Source: an uncultured Prevotella sp. (GTDB taxonomy: Bacteria > Bacteroidota > Bacteroidia > Bacteroidales > Bacteroidaceae). Taken from it: a stretch of DNA of 64,000 nt. Positions 58,041 through 64,000 of this stretch are shown here, piece after piece (position 1 is the first letter of the stretch; each line of letters begins with the position of its first letter). The notes under the pieces are model-generated. The model was not told where the DNA came from and did not search any database. It was given only the letters and a program-made list of their open reading frames with translations. A program made the position numbers and the translations under genes. The stretch spans positions 63,404 through 127,403 of the forward strand of contig CAMJGE010000003.1 in NCBI GenBank assembly GCA_946405145.1. Direction: 5' to 3'.

Positions 58041-59279
58041 ATGAATCATATGAAGAATCTTTGTAAAATGGCTATCCTGGGCGGCATGCTCGTCTTGATG
58101 GCAGTATCAGTGAAAGCTCAGAAGTGGGAGCATCTGGCAGACACCCCGCAGATGGGATGGAGTACTTGGAATAAGTTTCAGGGTAACATCTCTGAAGACA
58201 TCATCAAGGGCATTGCTGATGCGATGGTGGAAAGTGGTCTGCGTGATGCTGGCTATACCTATATTAATATAGACGACTGCTGGCACGGTAAGCGTGACTG
58301 CAATGGTTTCATCCAGGTGGACTCCGTGAAGTTCCCTAACGGCATGAAGTCGGTAGCTGACTATGTGCACAGCAAAGGTCTCAAACTCGGCATTTACAGC
58401 GATGCTGGTACTGAGACATGTGGTGGTATGCCTGGTTCACTCGGACATGAATATCAGGATGCCATCCAGTATGCGCGCTGGGGTGTGGACTATCTGAAAT
58501 ACGACTGGTGTAACACACCGAACATCAACCCGATGGGTGCCTATCAGCTTATCAGCGATGCTCTGCGTTCAGCAGGTCGCCCCATCTTCCTCAGCATGTG
58601 TGAATGGGGTAACAGCCACCCTTGGAAGTGGGCAAAGGAGGTAGGTCACTCTTGGCGTACCACTCCTGATATCTGGTGCGACTTCGATTCATTGCGTGTA
58701 TTCCCGGGTTATACCCAGTTTGGTGTGATGCAGTGCATCCAGTTCAACGATTCGTTGCGCCAATATGCAGGTAAGGGCTATTGGAACGACCCCGATATGC
58801 TGGAGGTAGGCAATGGCATGACGGAGAATGAGGATCGTGCCCACTTCACCATGTGGTGTATGATGGCCAGTCCGCTGATTCTTGGCAACGATCTGCGCTC
58901 CATGAGTGAGGCAACCCGCAATATCATCATGAATAAGGAGATGATAGCCATCGACCAGGATACTCTCGGCATTCAGGGCTTGCACTTCTGCGATCATGAA
59001 GGCTTGCAGTTCTGGTTCAAACCCTTGGCTGGTGGCGATTGGGCCTTCACCATCCTTAATCCGACGCGTAAGGACATCACCTGTGATTTGAACTGGCAGG
59101 ACTTCAATCTCACCGACACACAGGTCAGCAACCTGAGCACCAACTTCAATACCAAGATATATAAGGTCTATAACCTCTGGACACATAAGCAGGAGGGCAA
59201 GACCAGCCTGAAGAACAAGGCAGAGCGTAAATTGACAGTCAAGGCCCGTGATGTCGTCTCCTACAGACTTATCCAGTAA
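58041..59279 (+). CDS. GH27 alpha-galactosidase
   Basis: TPQMGWSTWN, IDDCW, KLGIYSDAG, DYLKYDWC, SWRTTPDI, WNDPDMLEVG. Confidence 0.94.
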   Translation: MNHMKNLCKMAILGGMLVLMAVSVKAQKWEHLADTPQMGWSTWNKFQGNISEDIIKGIADAMVESGLRDAGYTYINIDDCWHGKRDCNGFIQVDSVKFPNGMKSVADYVHSKGLKLGIYSDAGTETCGGMPGSLGHEYQDAIQYARWGVDYLKYDWCNTPNINPMGAYQLISDALRSAGRPIFLSMCEWGNSHPWKWAKEVGHSWRTTPDIWCDFDSLRVFPGYTQFGVMQCIQFNDSLRQYAGKGYWNDPDMLEVGNGMTENEDRAHFTMWCMMASPLILGNDLRSMSEATRNIIMNKEMIAIDQDTLGIQGLHFCDHEGLQFWFKPLAGGDWAFTILNPTRKDITCDLNWQDFNLTDTQVSNLSTNFNTKIYKVYNLWTHKQEGKTSLKNKAERKLTVKARDVVSYRLIQ

Positions 59280-59308
59280 GGTGCCGTTGCGCACCTTCTG
59301 GGAGACTG

Positions 59309-60085
59309 CTATCCCATCACCACATCGAGTACCATCATCAGTACAAAACCGAAGGCAAAGCCGATCGTGCTGAGGTTACTATGCTCACCCTCGGATGCTT
59401 CTGGTATGAGTTCTTCCACAACCACATAGAACATGGCTCCAGCGGCAAAAGCTAAGAAGTAGGGTAGTGCGGGAGTTATCAGTGAAGCCAGCAAGACAAC
59501 TGCCAGTGCTCCGACAGGTTCTACGGCACCACTAAGGCTTCCGATGATGAAAGAACGCCATTTGCTGTTCCCTTCTGCTCGCATGGGCATAGAGATGATG
59601 GCTCCTTCGGGTATGTTCTGAATGGCAATACCAATCGACACAGCCAAAGCACTGGCTAACGACAAACCCCCGATACCTCCTTCTGCACCGGCAAACACCA
59701 CGCCCACAGCCATACCTTCAGGTAGATTGTGGATGGTGACAGCCAGAGCTAGCATCGCTGTGCGGGAGAGACGGGAACGCGGACCTTCCGGTTTCTCCGT
59801 GCCGATATGCAGGTGAGGCGTCAGTTCGTCAAGCAGAAGCAGGAAACCGATACCAAAAAGGAATCCAACGGCAGCAGGTAATACCGCCCATTTCCCTTCA
59901 TCGGCTTCCATCTCCATGGCAGGTATAAGTAGCGACCAGACGGAGGCTGCCACCATCACACCCGATGCAAAACCAAGCAGTGATTTCTGCACACGAGGCG
60001 ACATCTCGTCCTTCATCAGAAAGACGAATGCCGCCCCGATCATTGTTCCCAACAATGGGATTAATAGTCCTATTATCAATGTCAT
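59309..60085 (-). CDS. ZIP-family metal transporter (ZupT/GufA-like)
   Basis: GFASGVMVAAS, PHLH, TIHNLPEG, QNIPEG, AGAMFYVVVEELIPE. Confidence 0.92.
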   Translation of the reverse strand: MTLIIGLLIPLLGTMIGAAFVFLMKDEMSPRVQKSLLGFASGVMVAASVWSLLIPAMEMEADEGKWAVLPAAVGFLFGIGFLLLLDELTPHLHIGTEKPEGPRSRLSRTAMLALAVTIHNLPEGMAVGVVFAGAEGGIGGLSLASALAVSIGIAIQNIPEGAIISMPMRAEGNSKWRSFIIGSLSGAVEPVGALAVVLLASLITPALPYFLAFAAGAMFYVVVEELIPEASEGEHSNLSTIGFAFGFVLMMVLDVVMG

Positions 60086-60276
60086 CGTAATATTTAGCTA
60101 AATAGTATTTCTAATTCGGCACAAATATACGATCTTTTTTTCAATTTTCCAAATCTAAGATGATATAAAAATAATCTGATGAACCATATTAAATATGTAT
60201 GCAGTGAGGAGCATATTTCCTAATATGTGATAGCTAAATCTTTTATAATTTTTCTCATTCGGAATTTTCGATTTCT

Positions 60277-60689
60277 CTATACATTCCTACATTTTCTTTG
60301 TAAGTCACTGATTTCGAGAAGGTTAAAGGATGTATAGAGCCTACATTTTAACAATCGTCTATACATTCTAAGGGGGTTAAAGGCATGTTTTCGCCTCATT
60401 CAGCCGTCATCTACGACATAAAGATGACATTGTTTCATAGGTGTATTAACATTGGAAACAACTTGTTTCCCTCAAAGAAACAAAGTGTTTCATGGCAGGA
60501 AACAAATTGTTTCCTTTTAGGAAACTATCGTGAAACAAGTTGATAAACAGCGAGTTAAGCCTTATTCTCCTTCGAAAGAGCCCTGATTTTCCACAGATAA
60601 TGTATAGCTGCATGTTTTTGTGTAGTCTCTATACATTCATTAAACTATTAAGAACCAATACATTACAAAGAAAATGTAGGAATGTATAG
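60277..60689. mobile_element. Non-coding element bounded by long inverted repeats (MITE-like or invertible segment)
   Basis: Perfect 27-bp IR ctatacattcctacattttctttgtaa (60277-60303 / 60663-60689), extending imperfectly to about 93 bp; internal 22-bp-period GAAAC..GTTTC array. Confidence 0.6.
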
Positions 60690-60819
60690 TGTTTTTCAAT
60701 TTTTCTCGCGAGAGAATTTTATTACTGCAGTAACTATGCAGTAAATTTTTCATAGGCATACAGCAATTTCCGCTAGGCCTGCCAGAAAAATCGGAAGGCA
60801 ACATAAAGGTCACTTCTTC

Positions 60820-60906
60820 CCTCCTATATCCCTCCCTTATCCCTCCTTCTTCCCCACCATCACCCCACCAGGTCAATGGAGAGATTTAGGAGGGAAGAGG
60901 GAGGGC
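60820..60906. repeat. 11-bp-period ccctcc array and inverted ggaggg partner
   Basis: ccctcctatat ccctcccttat ccctccttctt ccccaccatca ccccacca ... aggagggaagagggaggg. Confidence 0.65.
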
Positions 60907-61030
60907 AGAAACCAAGTTGAATCCACTTGATGAAGCCTATATCATTGAAGACGCACCTTCCTAGAAAGTTAGATAAGAGGTTTTATAGATCTGGAGAGAC
61001 AATAGATTGGTCAGTGAAGGTTGTTTACTC

Positions 61031-61090
61031 TAGCGATGATGGCAGCGAGACTCGGTCCTCCAAGGCTAAGTATCTCTGCCATCATCGCTA
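61031..61090 (-). terminator. Strong hairpin at end of lipoprotein gene
   Basis: 15-bp perfect IR tagcgatgatggcag / ctgccatcatcgcta that includes the stop codon. Confidence 0.6.
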
Positions 61091-61501
61091 TTTATTGTTT
61101 TCGATATACCATTTACCATCCTTTTCTTTCTTGAGGTTTACAGGCTCTTTTTGTGTCTTACCACTGTCGTAAGTCACATCAAGGACAACTCTCGCTCGTC
61201 CGGAATCTTCGTCAATCTCTTCTGAAACGAACTTGTAACTTACGGGTTTCGCCCTGCTACCTCTCCCATTTTCTTTTTCCTTTTTGACCTTTCCCTCTAT
61301 CATAGAGATATAGGCATCCTTCTCCTGTTTCTTGTCTTCAGGGAAGTAAATATAATCAAAATATGAACGGTAATCCTCCTCAATGATGCATTCCATGGCC
61401 TTTTCTGCCACACCTCTTGGGGAATTGTTACTACAACTTGTCATAATGCCTGCTACGATGCAAGCTACAAATGCTAATAATACTTTTCTCATTATTCTCA
61501 T
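61088..61501 (-). CDS. DUF4878-like (NTF2-like) lipoprotein
   Basis: Lipobox MTSC; SPRGVAEK; C-terminal LKKEKDGKWYI. Confidence 0.75.
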   Translation of the reverse strand: MRIMRKVLLAFVACIVAGIMTSCSNNSPRGVAEKAMECIIEEDYRSYFDYIYFPEDKKQEKDAYISMIEGKVKKEKENGRGSRAKPVSYKFVSEEIDEDSGRARVVLDVTYDSGKTQKEPVNLKKEKDGKWYIENNK

Positions 61502-61504
61502 TTT

Positions 61505-62116
61505 TCATTTGTGAAACATTATAATAGTCTTTATATACTTTGACGAATGAATGTCTGACGGGAAGATGCAATCCGCTTTGATGATAGGCAGATCCACATG
61601 ATGCCGCTCGCTACCTACAATATCAATTCCTGCCTGATGGAAAACATAGGAAACTAATTCCGTGCAGTACATCCTTGATGAGTCGCTATCATCATAGTCA
61701 TGATCGAACCGTACCCGCTTGTAATACTGCCGCTTTGCCACTTCTGCAGCCCTAAATGCTACCAGAGAATCATGAGGACGGCAGACTTCACCAATAAGGG
61801 TAAACTGAGAGGAAAAGAACTGCTCGGGTGTATCCATCTTTACACGATCCTCATCGCCCTCGAAATCGGGTTCTCCAGGCACTGCGTGAACAATCATCTT
61901 CTGCCCTGCTGAATCCACCACAATTCCAATATGCGAATACTGCCCTTGAACATCTGCCATGAGCACAGCCCTACTTGTTAGCCCTCCTCCTCGACGGAAC
62001 ACCACGTCGCCTGCTTTCAGTTCTGCATCTTTAGGAAGGATGCTCCTAAACGTCCCGTCCGTGATGCATCCTGTCAATAGGATACATGCAAACAACATAA
62101 CCTTTTGATAAGCCAT
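61505..62116 (-). CDS. YiiX/YebB-like permuted NlpC/P60 cysteine hydrolase, lipoprotein
   Basis: LLTGC; GDVVFRRG, YSHIGIV, VHA, MYCTELV (His before Cys). Confidence 0.85.
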   Translation of the reverse strand: MAYQKVMLFACILLTGCITDGTFRSILPKDAELKAGDVVFRRGGGLTSRAVLMADVQGQYSHIGIVVDSAGQKMIVHAVPGEPDFEGDEDRVKMDTPEQFFSSQFTLIGEVCRPHDSLVAFRAAEVAKRQYYKRVRFDHDYDDSDSSRMYCTELVSYVFHQAGIDIVGSERHHVDLPIIKADCIFPSDIHSSKYIKTIIMFHK

Positions 62117-62147
62117 TCATTCTGTCTGTAAAGCTGAATTTTCGATA

Positions 62148-62426
62148 TTAATCTACATAAACACTATAAACAATCTTCGCTATCTTTGCATTAGCCTTGA
62201 TATGAGTAGCCCTGCTCGGGGTTTCAACATTGCCAATCAGGTCACCAGAATTTATGCAATAGGTCATCTTTTTACTTGAGGCAAAAGTAAAACCATCATA
62301 ATAAGTTGCCCATTCCATTCGTTTCTATTAAACAGGTCACGAGCAGAACAGCTTACATAGAATCCATCAGAGGTCTTGATGAAAGACGAGCCAGGAAGCA
62401 AGGTAATAGCAGAGATCTTTTTATCT
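62148..62426 (-). pseudogene. Possible frameshifted gene remnant
   Basis: Two open frames join if one copy of tandem GAATG (62311-62320) is removed. Confidence 0.35.
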
Positions 62427-63053
62427 TTAATCTTGCTCAGAAACCCCCACATTAACGACATAGAATTCACTAGCGCCATCCATTTCATCCATATTAAACA
62501 TATTAACAGCTGCGCCTCCTTTCTTCATCTTGATATCATAAGTCTTCTGATCGTCATAATTTTCTGTATATTTCCCCTTGCCATATATTGATTCCAATTT
62601 TTTAACTAGTGTTGCAAAACGGGCTTTGGCCTTCGGGAGTTTATATTCCTTAGCATCATACATCACAACATTCCATATCGTGTTGTTAGAAGAAACACCT
62701 ATAACGACTCTAACCTGTACTCCATCTACAGTTCCTTTTACTTCCAGATCACCACTACCACTTTCATTACGCTTTGATTGGAATCCTTTAGCAATAAGTT
62801 TTTCCTTCATGATTGCAGGCTTCTCGGCCAGAGAAATACCTAAGAAAGCCAGGTGGTTATCAACGAAGGCAGGTCCTTCAAAAGGTATTGATACTGCAGC
62901 AGGTTTTACCTGAGTCTTCTTTTGGGCAGCGGTAGAGCCACTTTTTTTCGTTGTTGCTGTACGCTTAGCCTGAGTCTTCTTCTGCTGTGTCATTGTAGGC
63001 ATAGCTACACCGAACATGATTACGGCGGCGAGAAATAAAATGGATCGTTTCAT
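62427..63053 (-). CDS. Secreted hypothetical protein with K/T/A-rich linker
   Basis: Signal peptide, low-complexity linker, then a globular domain (FLGISL). Confidence 0.7.
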   Translation of the reverse strand: MKRSILFLAAVIMFGVAMPTMTQQKKTQAKRTATTKKSGSTAAQKKTQVKPAAVSIPFEGPAFVDNHLAFLGISLAEKPAIMKEKLIAKGFQSKRNESGSGDLEVKGTVDGVQVRVVIGVSSNNTIWNVVMYDAKEYKLPKAKARFATLVKKLESIYGKGKYTENYDDQKTYDIKMKKGGAAVNMFNMDEMDGASEFYVVNVGVSEQD

Positions 63054-63199
63054 ATCTAAGATTATTTAATGAGTTTTTAGTTCTGAGGACAAAGGTACTA
63101 TATATTCCCGAATTATACAATAGCGGTTTCCCGTCATTTTCCACAAAACTTTTATCCATATCTTGTGATAAAAATAAATATTTTGTATATCTTTGCAGC

Positions 63200-64000
63200 A
63201 TGATGCCAATCAAACATATCTTCACGCTATTATTTCTACTCTTTGCTATTCAGGCAACAGGGAAACGGGATAGTATGTTATGGGTTAATATCAAAGAAAT
63301 GGGACAGACTTATCAAAAAGGTCTGCGTGACTCTGCTCTAGCAAAAGCTAAACGATTATTACTTGTAGCAGAAGAGCAGGATGACGATTTAGCACAAGCT
63401 CAACTACATAGTGTTATAGGGCTCTGCTATAATGATCAAGGTAATCGCCAGGCAGCGATAGAAGAACTGCAAAAATGTATCACGATTGGAGAGGCAAATG
63501 ATTTTATAGGCAAAGCCGCCCAAAGCAGCCATAACCTGTACCTGACAGCCATGTTACCCGCTTATTCTATGGTGGCTATTTATTACAAAGATCAGCAGCA
63601 GATTAAAAAGGCAGCAAACTATTCTAAAAAGGGTATGGAATGGATACGGTTCAGTCATAATATTGATACTTGGGCCAGTTCTATTTCTGCCTTTTCTGAA
63701 GTGCTTATGGCTCATAAAGAATATGATGTTGTTTATGAACCGCTGAAGCAAGGAGTGCAGGCTGCACTTAAGCAGAAACAAGCAGACTTTGCACTCATGA
63801 TGATTTCACACCTTATCTATATAGAATATAAAGTTATGCATCGTCAACCCAAGGATATTCCTTGGATCAAAGCAGGTGAACTGTTATTGTCAGATGTAAG
63901 GACAGAGACAGCCAAAACAACATTCCTTGCCGTCACGAAGCTTACGATACCACAATCAAGGTCCGAAGAACAACAAGATCATGGGAAAAAGATACTTGAT
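63200..64000 (+). CDS. Exported TPR-like protein, possibly the sensor region of a regulator; runs off window end
   Basis: Not in ORF track. Open frame from ATG 63200: MMPIKHIFTLLFLLFAIQATG..AQLHSVIGLCYNDQGNRQAAIEELQKC (TPR-like). Confidence 0.7.
   Translation, partial: MMPIKHIFTLLFLLFAIQATGKRDSMLWVNIKEMGQTYQKGLRDSALAKAKRLLLVAEEQDDDLAQAQLHSVIGLCYNDQGNRQAAIEELQKCITIGEANDFIGKAAQSSHNLYLTAMLPAYSMVAIYYKDQQQIKKAANYSKKGMEWIRFSHNIDTWASSISAFSEVLMAHKEYDVVYEPLKQGVQAALKQKQADFALMMISHLIYIEYKVMHRQPKDIPWIKAGELLLSDVRTETAKTTFLAVTKLTIPQSRSEEQQDHGKKILD

Noticed and set aside
60454-60549. CRISPR array
   Set aside because: The 22-bp period leaves only about 7 variable nt, repeats are degenerate, and there are no cas genes in the window
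62148-62318. NVEALA-family peptide gene
   Set aside because: Only NVE matches; no signal peptide, and the Cys-containing frame has stops. A frameshifted remnant is the simpler reading

Overview
64 kb of Bacteroidota chromosome, most likely Prevotellaceae (rumen/gut Prevotella-like). The evidence is TAnnTTTG -7 promoter motifs, a lack of obvious Shine-Dalgarno sites, and gene content. It is mostly housekeeping: upp, korAB, prfB, tatAC, murF, folP, cdaA, pta-ackA, lpxH, radC, efp, rpmH, ddl, tRNA-Pro(CGG) and a TPP-riboswitch-controlled thiamine salvage operon. No integrase, transposase, phage or CRISPR-cas genes were seen. Most notable: (1) two intergenic mosaics (19.0-19.55 kb, 60.2-60.95 kb) built from shared non-coding modules with 11/22-bp periodicity, one bounded by ~93-bp inverted arms with a perfect 27-bp outer IR; (2) a small hairpin element in two promoters, plus 7/8/9-mer tandem arrays at gene junctions and in protein linkers; (3) a signal-peptide-bearing cellobiose-2-epimerase/GH-A hydrolase fusion; (4) tatAC co-transcribed with two twin-arginine Fe-S redox proteins; (5) a hybrid two-component sensor with no ATPase domain; (6) two uncharacterised envelope modules; (7) prfB without its frameshift and a catalytically degenerate pectin methylesterase. 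All calls come from reading motifs by eye; no database searches were run.
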